A stretch of 63,765 nucleotides of DNA, counting the filler, from Deltaproteobacteria bacterium (lineage in GTDB: Bacteria; JAUYMQ01): the NCBI GenBank assembly GCA_030698575.1. It is 15 parts of 15 records of this genome, joined end to end, with 100 filler letters (N's around TTAATTAATTAA, not from the genome) between each part and the next. Parts side by side here need not be neighbours in the genome. Positions count along the whole stretch, not along the records: positions 16,456 to 19,424 come from JAUYMQ010000307.1; positions 19,525 to 22,968 come from JAUYMQ010000315.1; positions 23,069 to 26,350 come from JAUYMQ010000317.1; positions 26,451 to 34,399 come from JAUYMQ010000322.1; 11 more parts are not named here. The stretch is one strand, 5' to 3'. Positions 18,357 through 27,271 of the stretch are shown in pieces (position 1 is the stretch's first letter; every line of letters starts with the position of its first letter). Made by a program: the position numbers and the translations under genes. The notes below the pieces were generated by a model. It was not told the DNA's origin. It ran no database searches and saw nothing but the letters and a program-made list of their open reading frames with translations.

Positions 18357-19424
18357 ACGTCGCCGGGATGACCCATTCACCGCTCGTGGAGGAGCCCGGG
18401 CACCTGGGCCTCGAGCTCGGAAATTTCCGGCCGGTCGGTGTGCGCGGATTCGGAGATCCCCAGAACAACTACGCGCACTCCATGGCCTGGTTCAAGGATT
18501 GCCTCTACGTGGGCACGTCCCGGAACAGCCTCTGGCTCATCCAGCGCCGGGGAAAGGTCGCGCCTCCGCCGGAGATGGAGTGCTGGCCCGTGCAGTTTCC
18601 GGAGCCCATGCCCATGGACGAGATGTGCGCGGAGATCTGGCGATACGATCCCCGCTCTGATGAATGGGCGCGCGTTTTCAAGTCCCCGCTCGGCGAGCGA
18701 GACGGGCAACCGTTCCCCCGCGATCTGGGTTACAGGGGAATGCTCGTCTATCAGGGACGCAGCGATCCCGAACCGGCCCTTTACGTGGCCGGCATCTCCG
18801 GATCGGGAATGAATCTGATGCGGTCGGTCGACGGCGTGAACTGGGAGGTTGTCGGAGAGCCGGGGCTCGGCGATCCGCGCATGGTCTCTGCGCGCTCGAT
18901 GCTGGAATGGCGCGGCCGGATCTACGTCACACCCGTGGGCGCCATGGGAAAAACGCCGAACGAGACCGACGTGCCCGTGATCCTGGAGTCGGACGATCCC
19001 GCCGGCGGCCGCTGGCGCGAGGTGTGCCTCCCCGGATTCGGCGACGACACGAACAAGGCCGTAGCGGACCTTGTGGTTTTCGAGGATCACCTTTACGCGG
19101 CGACCCTCAACCCGACCTGCGGCTTTCAGCTCTACAAGACGAAGGCCCGGGGGGAGCCGCCCTACCGCTGGACGCGCGTCCTGTCGGCGGGTGCGTACCG
19201 GGGCTACCTGAACGAGGGCGTCGCACACATGTGCGTTTTCAAGGTCGCTATCTACCTCGGCACGGGCATCGAGGGCGGCGGTTACAACCGCTGGCATCAG
19301 ATCGGGCCGGCGGCCGCTGAGGTGATCCGGGTGCACGCGGACGATACCTGGGACCTGATCGTGGGCATGCCCCGCCTCTCGCCCTCCGGCCTGAAGCCGC
19401 CGCTGTCGGGGCTCGGGCCCGGGT
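18353..19424 (+). CDS. Beta-propeller-like protein, N-terminal part (3' truncated)
   Basis: Repeated blades GFGD..N...F.D.LYVGT / LYAAT / IYLGT and RS.DG.NW; ATGA coupling to the hydrolase. Confidence 0.7.
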
Positions 19425-19526
19425 NNNNNNNNNNNNNNNNNNNNNNNNNNNNNNNNNNNNNNNNNNNNTTAATTAATTAANNNNNNNNNNNNNNNNNNNN
19501 NNNNNNNNNNNNNNNNNNNNNNNNTC

Positions 19527-20744
19527 TTCCTATCCGCAGCCATCGTGCGAAGGCGTCGGCGGGGGGCGCTCGACCGGGCGGCGCGGCTGTATCTCGCGCT
19601 GTTCGTTTGGCTGGCCCTCCAGGTGCAGCTCTCGCGCGAGGCCTTTGCGGCGCTCGGGGAGTACATCCACCCAGATCATCTCGGGAGCACGCGCCTTCTG
19701 CGCGACGGGGCGGGGCAGGAGACCCGCCGTCAGGCGTACACGCCCTTCGGCGACACGGCGAGCGAGACGGGGACGGGGGAAATTCGCTATGAGTACGTCG
19801 GCGGGGCTCTGGACGCGGAGACGGGGCTCTATTATCTGGGAGCCCGCTACTACGCGCCGGCCATCGGCCGCTTCCTCCAGCCGGACGACCTGGGCAATCC
19901 TTTTGATCCCCAGTCCCTCAACCGCTACACTTACGCCCGCAACAATCCGGTCAACTTCCTCGACCCGACGGGGCAGTTTTTCGGCTTGTTCCTGGCTCTC
20001 TTTAGTTTTGCTGCAAACGCGCTTCTTTCGCTCTCCCCGATTGTGAGCGCCACGCTCCGTTTTTCAGGCGCCGCGCTCGAGTTCGGAGCGAGACAACTTC
20101 TAACAGGGTTCGGGCTCTTTCCCAGCGAGCTATCCACCGGTGATCTCTTGTTCGCGAGGTTCTTCCAGATCACAAGCTTTGCCGACAAGATTTTGAACTC
20201 GCGCATCCCGGTCAATACGGCCAGCGAAGGAGCCAGCAGCGCGTTCTTCAAAGATCGGGGCCTGGTCAGCAGAACCAATCCGGCGGAGAATCCCGAGCGC
20301 GTCGAGACCACGGGCGGAGGGGGCGGTTTCACGAACCTGGGGAACAGGGGTCGGATCCGGGTCCGGGATGTTGATCCCGAAGACCCTGTCCGGGGGGCGC
20401 GGACGTTTCAAGCCACCGGCGCAGAAGAGGTGAGCAAGGGGGTATTTGAAATTACCTTCGAAGGCTTGAATCCGCCTGAACGGCTGTTCCCGTTGTGGGG
20501 CTTTTTCCGTGCGCTGCTGTTCGGCCGCCCCGATATAGAACGGTTCACGGTCACGGTGGATTTCAACGAGAGTAAGGGTCAGATTTGGATTCATGGCCCC
20601 GCCGAGGGCGCGCCTTTCCCCCATTGGCCGAAAACGCCTCCAGCAAGAGATTTCCCTGCGACAGGCAAAAGCCTTGACGTGCTCATTAGACGTGGAGAAG
20701 GTGGCCGGTTGTATGAGATCGGTGAAATCCGGACAAGCCCCTAA
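19527..20744 (+). CDS. RHS repeat-associated core with an unrecognised C-terminal (toxin) domain (5' truncated)
   Basis: HPDHLGS, YTPFG, ETGLYYLGARYYAPAIGRFLQPD, LNRYTYARNNPVNFLDPTG. Confidence 0.9.
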   Translation, partial: FLSAAIVRRRRRGALDRAARLYLALFVWLALQVQLSREAFAALGEYIHPDHLGSTRLLRDGAGQETRRQAYTPFGDTASETGTGEIRYEYVGGALDAETGLYYLGARYYAPAIGRFLQPDDLGNPFDPQSLNRYTYARNNPVNFLDPTGQFFGLFLALFSFAANALLSLSPIVSATLRFSGAALEFGARQLLTGFGLFPSELSTGDLLFARFFQITSFADKILNSRIPVNTASEGASSAFFKDRGLVSRTNPAENPERVETTGGGGGFTNLGNRGRIRVRDVDPEDPVRGARTFQATGAEEVSKGVFEITFEGLNPPERLFPLWGFFRALLFGRPDIERFTVTVDFNESKGQIWIHGPAEGAPFPHWPKTPPARDFPATGKSLDVLIRRGEGGRLYEIGEIRTSP

Positions 20745-20745
20745 G

Positions 20746-22473
20746 ATGTCCTCTGGAAGGGTTGTCTGCGGGCTGTCCCTTGCCTTGGCCCTGTTGCTTC
20801 TGTCCTGCAGCACGCCAGGCGCGGGCTTCCCGCCACAGCCGTCGGCCGCGGATGTCTTGAAGGGGAAGCGAGCGATGCTCCTCTTCGATAAGGAGGACGA
20901 GCACGTAACCGCACTTTGCGAGGTCCTGCACCAGGAGCTGGGTGTCACCTGCGTCAGTATCTACACCGGCGAGGGGCGAAAGAAGCTGGAAGACGCCGGG
21001 ATCCAGTTCGAAGCCATGGGGGATGCCTGGTACAGCTTCATTGACCGCGGAGAGGACAGTGAAATCTATCGGCGAGGAGTCGAGACGCTCGGGGTGGAGG
21101 TTAGCATCATTCCGGCTAGGATGGGTGCGGGCCCTGTGAACCCCTTCACGTGGCAGGCCCACTACGATATCAACACTTACAGCGTGCATGAGCCCGCCAA
21201 GATCCTGGCCCACGAGGAAGTGCGAGTAAATGGTTGGGGGTTCCCCACCGCTAAGAAAGCCTATCGTAAGGCCGCGCTGGCCGCCGTGCGGGCCCTCGAA
21301 CGGCGCCCTTCGACGTGGCAAGCGGCAACCGGATATCCAGGACAGCAGTACTACGACCAGCCGTTGCCTCCTATTCCGGTTGCCGTCTGGATGATGTTGC
21401 GTCTTCCCCGCTTCAAGATGCGGGCGGACACCAGTTCTTTACTCTTCAAATCCGGCTTGAGCGTGGAACCCCTCTGGTGGAAGGATGAGCGAAATTTCCG
21501 CATTGCCCTGGTTGACGCCTTCAAAGAGGCGTTTGAAGAGCCGGCCCGAATTACTCTGAGGTCATTCCCGCTCGAAGAGGTGATGGACCCCAGGGATTAC
21601 CACGCTTTCGATTCTTTTCCGGCCGAAACAGGTATGGCGCTCAGAGACATTCGCAAGAAGTACCGAGGGGCCTGGACCCCCTATGACACCCTCATGCGGT
21701 TGGCCCACGAGTGGAACTTCACCGAACCGAAGGGCGCTTTCTTCTTTCGAACGCAAAGCCACCATGCGGTCGAAATGCACGAAAAAATTGTCCGGTGGAA
21801 CAAGTTCGGCACCCGCGCTGTGGGGCTCGAGACGCGCGGCGTGGCCGGCTGGGCCTGCCCTCCGAGCAAGCGATTCTTCCGATTAGAGGTCTCGGAAGAA
21901 ACGGACCCGTACGCGGGGAGTGTGAGCCTGTGGTTTTACGGAGAATCCGCGGTGGACGACGCGCTTCTTCCTGAACCTTTGCCTGAGGAGGTGTCGACTC
22001 CACTTCCCGTGCGCGGCGAGACGTGGGCGTACTTCAAGGGGCCCTTCCCCAAGGACGGTCGCCGGCATGCGCCCGATTACATGCTCCGGCTCGTGGAAGG
22101 GGGCAGCCGGCCCGAGGTCATCGCCTCGGAGCCGGTCGATCCCTCGGGGGAAACGGGCTACCGCTGGTTCGAGGTAGCGTACCCGCTGAAGGACCTGCAA
22201 TTTCCCCTGCGACCCGGCAAGACCTGGACGATGCCGGCGGGAGAGCAGGCCACGGTGAAGGCGGGCGTGGTGCTCCAGCCCGAAAACCTGGCAGCGTTTC
22301 CCATCACCTTCGAGAAGCAGGGGAAGGTGACGCGCACCCTCTATTATGCCCCCGAGGTGAACGCGATTGCGCGGGAGGAAGACGCGGAGGGGAAGACGGT
22401 CTTGAGCCTGTGGCTCTCGGCGGTGCGCTACGTTCCTCCCGCGCAGGATGAAGCGAAGCCAACCAGCCACTGA
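20746..22473 (+). CDS. Putative lipoprotein (575 aa), candidate immunity or partner of the RHS C-terminal domain
   Basis: Starts 1 nt after the RHS stop; hydrophobic signal ending LLLSC. Confidence 0.7.
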   Translation: MSSGRVVCGLSLALALLLLSCSTPGAGFPPQPSAADVLKGKRAMLLFDKEDEHVTALCEVLHQELGVTCVSIYTGEGRKKLEDAGIQFEAMGDAWYSFIDRGEDSEIYRRGVETLGVEVSIIPARMGAGPVNPFTWQAHYDINTYSVHEPAKILAHEEVRVNGWGFPTAKKAYRKAALAAVRALERRPSTWQAATGYPGQQYYDQPLPPIPVAVWMMLRLPRFKMRADTSSLLFKSGLSVEPLWWKDERNFRIALVDAFKEAFEEPARITLRSFPLEEVMDPRDYHAFDSFPAETGMALRDIRKKYRGAWTPYDTLMRLAHEWNFTEPKGAFFFRTQSHHAVEMHEKIVRWNKFGTRAVGLETRGVAGWACPPSKRFFRLEVSEETDPYAGSVSLWFYGESAVDDALLPEPLPEEVSTPLPVRGETWAYFKGPFPKDGRRHAPDYMLRLVEGGSRPEVIASEPVDPSGETGYRWFEVAYPLKDLQFPLRPGKTWTMPAGEQATVKAGVVLQPENLAAFPITFEKQGKVTRTLYYAPEVNAIAREEDAEGKTVLSLWLSAVRYVPPAQDEAKPTSH

Positions 22474-22968
22474 GAACGCTTTCCAGCGGGCGAGGTGGTC
22501 ACGCGGACCTACCTCGACGGGTATCTCAAGAAGGTCGAGGGGCAGGACCGCTACGCGACCGATCTCCGCTACGATGTGTTCGGCGGCCTCGCGCACGCAG
22601 CACTCGGCAACGGCGACACGCTGGACTTCTCCTTCCACCCCAACGGCCGACTCTCCGGGGTCCAATCCAACGGTGGCTTGGTGCAGGATCTTTCGTACAG
22701 CTACGACCCGAGCGGCAACATCGCCGCGGTGACCGACGCGCTCGACCGCCTGACCTCGGCCACGGGTCCTTCCACGAGCGACACCTACGCCTACAGCCCC
22801 GCGGGCAATCTCCTCTCGAAGGAAGGTCAGCCCCAGCTCTACACCATTCCCGCGCACCCGCACGCCGTCTCCGACGCCATCGGGCTTTCGATGAGCTACG
22901 ACGCCGCGGGGAATCTCACCGGGGCCGGGGACTACGCCTATACGTATGACGAAGAGGGGCGGATGAGC
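22474..22968 (+). pseudogene. Orphan RHS/YD-repeat fragment
   Basis: YD repeats (YDVFG, YSYDPSGN, YDAAGN, YTYDEEGR); starts mid-repeat; apparent internal deletion at VTD|ALDRL. Confidence 0.75.
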
Positions 22969-23068
22969 NNNNNNNNNNNNNNNNNNNNNNNNNNNNNNNN
23001 NNNNNNNNNNNNTTAATTAATTAANNNNNNNNNNNNNNNNNNNNNNNNNNNNNNNNNNNNNNNNNNNN

Positions 23069-23784
23069 CCGCCCGCCGCGGCAGGGCCCTCCTCCCGCTC
23101 GTCCGCATGAAAGGGTTTGCCCGTCTTCAGGCTCGCGGCGCAGGCGTGCCGGGTCCAGGAAATCTCCCGGGGCTCCTGATCGGTGACCACCAGGCCGCGC
23201 ACCGAGCGCAGCAGGAAGCGATCTTCGCTCTCACCTGCCGGGAGCCAGAGCACACCTCCCTGCGCCGAGGTCTCGGCCATGAGGCGCTCGAGGATCGCTT
23301 CGCAAGTATCGTCGGGATCGAGCTTCTCGAGAATCCTGAGTCCGCGCTGATAGACGCCGAGGGAGTCGAGGAAGAAGATGTTCTCGTCGAGCAGCCGCGT
23401 ATGCTCCTGTACGACGGCCTGGCGCTCGAACAGGCGCATCACCACGGCAAGCAGTTCGTCAGGATTGATGGGTTTGGTCAGGAAGTCGGAGGCGCCGCGC
23501 TGCATCGCGCTGGTGGCAACCTTGACGTCACGAAGGCTCGTGACGAAAAGAACTTCGATGGCGGGCCACTTCTCCTTGATGCGCTCGCCCACCCGGACGC
23601 CGTTCTCGCCCGGCATGATCACGTCGAGAATGACCACGTCGTAGGGCGCCCGCTCGAGTTCAGCAAGCGCTTTCGCGCCATCCTCCGCCGTTGTGACGGT
23701 GTATCCCTCGGCGCCGAGGAGATCCTCGTAGAGGACCCGGAAGAAGTGCTCGTCGTCGACCGCTAGAACTCGGCCCCTGCTCAT
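23069..23784 (-). CDS. Response regulator (REC + GAF-like; C-terminus lost at contig edge)
   Basis: VLAVDD, VILDVIMPG, FVTS, FLTKP. Confidence 0.9.
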
Positions 23785-23858
23785 GCAGCCCCCCGATCCT
23801 CTGAAGAGTTCCGTTCTGTTGCCGACCCTGGGGAGGCTCGCCACGGCAGGCCCAGGTC

Positions 23859-23883
23859 AAAAAAAACCCCCGCAAGGCGGGGG
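23859..23883 (-). terminator. Rho-independent terminator after the DUF151 gene
   Basis: Minus strand CCCCCGC-CTT-GCGGGGG followed by T8. Confidence 0.8.
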
Positions 23884-23916
23884 CGCCGGGGAGCCCCGAC
23901 GAATCTTATCGGCCAA

Positions 23917-24414
23917 TCACATCTTATACTTTCCGAAATCTTCGGGATCGAGGTTCTCCAGGATTTCCGCCCACTTGTCCTTCTCATCGTCCGTGAAGAC
24001 CGGCAAGCCCCGCCCCTCCTGGGTGCCCAGCTTCTCGATGACCCGTTCCTCCACGAAAATCGGGGCCTTGGCGCGGAGCGCCAGGGCGATGGCGTCGCTG
24101 GGGCGGGAGTCGAGCAGGTGGGTCTCCTCGCCGGCGCGAACGTGGAGCGTGGCGAAAAAGGTGTCTTCCTTAAGGTCGGTGACGACCACCCGGTCGACCC
24201 GGCAGCCCAGGGCCTCGATGATGCTCTTCAGCAGATCGTGGGTCATGGGCCGGGGAAAGTTCTCCTGCTGGAGTTCGGCGATGATCGCGCGGGCCTCCGG
24301 CAGCCCGATGACAATCGGGACGCAATAGCGCTCCGCCTCGTCCTTCAGCACCAGGAGGGGCACGTTGCCCATCCCGCCCACGACGAGCCCGGCTACTTTC
24401 ATCTCGATTGGCAT
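23917..24414 (-). CDS. Bifunctional nuclease family protein (DUF151)
   Basis: PIVIGLPEA, RPMTHDL, DSRPSDAIALALR; follows miaB. Confidence 0.92.
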   Translation of the reverse strand: MPIEMKVAGLVVGGMGNVPLLVLKDEAERYCVPIVIGLPEARAIIAELQQENFPRPMTHDLLKSIIEALGCRVDRVVVTDLKEDTFFATLHVRAGEETHLLDSRPSDAIALALRAKAPIFVEERVIEKLGTQEGRGLPVFTDDEKDKWAEILENLDPEDFGKYKM

Positions 24415-24438
24415 GATCCCTCCCACGCAGCACGGAGG

Positions 24439-25755
24439 TCAGACAGCCTCGCCTCCGAGCGAGTTGGGAAACGCCTGCAGGATTCGAACCGGTGCGAGCG
24501 TTCCGGCCAGCGCCGGATCTCCGGCGAAGGTGACGATCTTGTTCTGTCCCGTTCTCCCCGCGAGTTTTTCCGGACGGGTCTTGCTCCGCCCCTCGACAAG
24601 CACGTCCTCGACACACCCCACCCGGGAGCGGTTCTCCTCGAAGCCGATGGCCTTCTGCAGCGCGAGCAGGCGCGCCAGTCTCTCCTTGCGAATTTTTTCC
24701 GGAAGCTGGTCGGCGAATTCGGCCGCGCGCGTGCCGCCTCGCTCGGAATAGGCGAAGGTGTAGGCATCTGAAAAACGCACCTCCCGCATGAGCGCCAGCG
24801 TCGCCTCGAAATCCTCCTCGGATTCGCCCGGGAAGCCCACGAGAAGATCCGTCGTGATTGCGATATCGGGCCGCGCCTCGCGAACGCGCGCCACGATCGC
24901 GGCGTACTCCTCCCGGCTGTAGCGGCGGTGCATGCGCTCGAGCACGCGATCGGAGCCCGACTGGACAGGAAGGTGAAGATGAGGGCAGAGGTGCTTCAGG
25001 CGGCGGTAGGCCTCGATGAGGCCGTCGGTGACGTAGCGGGGGTGGCTGGATGTGAAGCGAATGCGGGCTATGCCCGGAACCTCGTCGAGGGCGGCAAGCA
25101 GCTCGTGGAAGGGCATCTCGCCCCGCCGGCGGCCGTAGGCGTTGACCGTCTGCCCGAGGAGCGTGATCTCCTTCACGCCCCTCTCCGCGAGAGCGCGCGC
25201 TTCGTCGAGGATCTGCTCCGGCGGTCGCGAGATCTCGCGCCCGCGCGTAAGGGGAACGACGCAGAAGGTGCAGAAGAGATCGCACCCCTCCATGACCGTG
25301 ACGTATGCCCGGGTGGGATGGCGTGAAAGCGGGATGAGGGTTGAGTCGAAGCGGTCGGCGAGATCGGTCGTGAAGTCCAGGCTGACCACCCCGCGGCGCG
25401 TGGCGGCTTCGTCGAGGAGTGAGGGCAGCTTCAGCATGCTGTGCGTGCCGAAAACCAGATCCACCTGCGGCATCTGCCGGAGGAGCGCCTCGCCGTTCTG
25501 CTGGGCCGCGCAGCCCCCCACGCCGATCAGGAGTTCGGGCTTTGTTTCCTTCAGCTCGCGATAGCGTCCCAGCAACGAGAGGTACTTCTGCTCCGCCTTC
25601 TCACGGATCGCACAGGTGTTCACCAGGATGACGTCGGCTTGCCGGGGATTCTGCGTGACGCGGTAGTCGTTGCGGGAGAGGAGCGCGGCGATCTTCTCCG
25701 AGTCGTGCTCGTTCATCTGGCAGCCGAAGGTTTCGAGATAAAGATACTTTTCCAT
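24439..25755 (-). CDS. miaB: tRNA methylthiotransferase MiaB
   Basis: TFGCQMNEHDS, NTCAIRE, radical SAM CDLFCTFC, HLPVQSG, TRAM domain. Confidence 0.97.
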   Translation of the reverse strand: MEKYLYLETFGCQMNEHDSEKIAALLSRNDYRVTQNPRQADVILVNTCAIREKAEQKYLSLLGRYRELKETKPELLIGVGGCAAQQNGEALLRQMPQVDLVFGTHSMLKLPSLLDEAATRRGVVSLDFTTDLADRFDSTLIPLSRHPTRAYVTVMEGCDLFCTFCVVPLTRGREISRPPEQILDEARALAERGVKEITLLGQTVNAYGRRRGEMPFHELLAALDEVPGIARIRFTSSHPRYVTDGLIEAYRRLKHLCPHLHLPVQSGSDRVLERMHRRYSREEYAAIVARVREARPDIAITTDLLVGFPGESEEDFEATLALMREVRFSDAYTFAYSERGGTRAAEFADQLPEKIRKERLARLLALQKAIGFEENRSRVGCVEDVLVEGRSKTRPEKLAGRTGQNKIVTFAGDPALAGTLAPVRILQAFPNSLGGEAV

Positions 25756-25799
25756 TCAGCTCGCTTTCATCGCACGGATCGGGAACCTTGGTCTTCTGG

Positions 25800-25828
25800 A
25801 GGCTAGCCATCGCCGTGGGGACCGTCAA
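25800..25828 (-). promoter_or_regulatory. Sigma70-type promoter of miaB
   Basis: TTGACG-N17-TAGCCT about 45 nt upstream of the start codon. Confidence 0.55.
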
Positions 25829-26037
25829 GACGAACCGCACCGTGTCGCGCCGGCTGTGCACGCGAGTTCCCGCGCGCCACGGCGTGTGCCCGCCGGAGTC
25901 GTGAGCTCGGATCGCTGCGCCGCGCCCGCCTGCGACCGGCCGCGTGTCCCCCGGAGGATGAGCCTTGTTCACCGCCGCCAAAAGGGGCCTGGAACAGAGG
26001 CAGCGCCAGGCCCCGGGATCCGAGCCCTTCCCGGGGA

Positions 26038-26077
26038 GTGGGAAAAATTTTTCCCACAATGGGAGATTTCTTTCCCA
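26038..26077. promoter_or_regulatory. Tandem palindromic enhancer sites TGGGA-N8-TCCCA
   Basis: Perfect 20-bp palindrome GTGGGAAAAATTTTTCCCAC (26038-26057) and a second copy TGGGAGATTTCTTTCCCA offset by 21 bp. Confidence 0.75.
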
Positions 26078-26134
26078 GATGTCCCGATCCCGCGTGTTCC
26101 GGGACACTCGCTCGGAAGACTAATAACGTCTATA

Positions 26135-26147
26135 TTTCAATAGGTTA
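26135..26147 (+). promoter_or_regulatory. IHF-like binding site
   Basis: TTTCAATAGGTTA versus consensus WATCAANNNNTTR (1 mismatch), in an AT-rich tract. Confidence 0.55.
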
Positions 26148-26175
26148 CATACAAGCTGAGAGGCTGCCTTTCCAC

Positions 26176-26191
26176 TGGCAAGAGAATTGCA
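26176..26191 (+). promoter_or_regulatory. Sigma54 (-24/-12) promoter
   Basis: TGGCAAGAGAATTGCA, exact GG-N10-GC spacing. Confidence 0.8.
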
Positions 26192-26201
26192 GTCAATCTG
26201 A

Positions 26202-26340
26202 CCCAGGAGGAGGCGGTGGTTTATTGGCACCTCATTAATATGGGATTGCCAACCTCTCACCCCCCCCAACGCTGCCCACTGCCTGCTCCTACCTCTTTGA
26301 CGGACCTGGCCGGAAGCGTAAAGTGCGCCCCGGCCGGACG
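26202..26340 (+). ncRNA. Putative sigma54-dependent structured small RNA or leader
   Basis: Starts at the predicted +1; outer helix AGGAG-g-AGGCGGTGG / CCACTGCCT-g-CTCCT, inner hairpin TTGGCA..TGCCAA, unpaired C8 tract, second hairpin 26306-26337. Confidence 0.55.
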
Positions 26341-26520
26341 AAACGGAAGTNNNNNNNNNNNNNNNNNNNNNNNNNNNNNNNNNNNNNNNNNNNNTTAATT
26401 AATTAANNNNNNNNNNNNNNNNNNNNNNNNNNNNNNNNNNNNNNNNNNNNCGCGCGGCTCAGGATGATCGACGAGACTCCGGCGTCGGTTTCCGTGCGAA
26501 GCGTCGTGCCATTCATCGGG

Positions 26521-27078
26521 TCACTCTCCGCTTCCCCCGCCGGTCGTCGCGTTGAACTCGCTTGTGCCCGTGTGGCTCTCCCCGTCCGCGCCTGTCGCGG
26601 TGACCTCGCGCTTCCAGGTCCCGGTTTCCTCGTCGTAGCTCCATCTCACTTCCCGCTCCACGGTCTCGCCTCCAGCCCCCGTCGTGGTGATCCTGCGCCC
26701 GGATCCATCCTCGAGTCGCTCGGATTCGCTTGTTCCCGTCCTGACCTGCCCGTCGGGGCCGGTCACCGATCGGATGCTGCGCCAGGTCTTCGTCTCGGGA
26801 TCCCACCACCCGCGCGTCTCCCCCGTGGCCGTCTGCCCATCGGGGCCGGTCAGCGTTCGCTGCCGGAGGAATCCTCCTTCGGTTCGCTCTCCCTCGGTCC
26901 GTGTCCTGAAAATGCGCCCGCCGGGGCCCTCATGCGTTCCCTCGACCGTGATCTTGTCAGGATTCTTGTCCCTGGCCCGCCGGCGGGCCATGCCGTTCGC
27001 CGGCTCGAGCGTCAGCGACAGCGTGAAGAGAATCATGATGGTGATGGCGATCGAGCGGACTGCGAGCTTCGCGTTCAT
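26521..27078 (-). CDS. Secreted Thr/Gly/Arg-rich beta-hairpin repeat protein
   Basis: Signal peptide, recurring TGPDG/TGAGG/TGADG turns; GGGGGA RBS. Confidence 0.7.
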   Translation of the reverse strand: MNAKLAVRSIAITIMILFTLSLTLEPANGMARRRARDKNPDKITVEGTHEGPGGRIFRTRTEGERTEGGFLRQRTLTGPDGQTATGETRGWWDPETKTWRSIRSVTGPDGQVRTGTSESERLEDGSGRRITTTGAGGETVEREVRWSYDEETGTWKREVTATGADGESHTGTSEFNATTGGGSGE

Positions 27079-27209
27079 TCAGTTTCCCCCTGTAGTTCCC
27101 TCAAGGAATATGCTGGCCACGCCGGGCGGCGCGTTGGTGTCAGGATTGCGAGATTCAGGGCCTCCGCGGCCCAACCGAACCACAGACCCGCCGCCGGGGT
27201 CAATTAGTC

Positions 27210-27236
27210 GAAAAAAAGATCGTGCCCGCGATCTTT
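27210..27236 (-). terminator. Terminator after the FAD oxidoreductase
   Basis: AAAGATCG-CGGGCA-CGATCTTT plus further Ts on the minus strand. Confidence 0.65.
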
Positions 27237-27271
27237 CCGCGGCTCCCTGGCAGGATCACGCTCCTGTGCGG

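Noticed and set aside
25803-26107. Minus-strand ORFs upstream of miaB, one faintly like a histidine kinase C-terminus
   Set aside because: No G-box motifs; they overlap the miaB promoter and the enhancer palindromes
26295-26350. Hammerhead ribozyme (stem followed by GAAAC)
   Set aside because: The upstream core reads TTGACGG, not CTGANGA, stem II does not close properly, and the contig ends
26451-26516. Possible enoyl-CoA hydratase start MNGTTLRTETDAGVSSIILSRA (minus strand)
   Set aside because: Only 22 codons before the contig edge; too little to call
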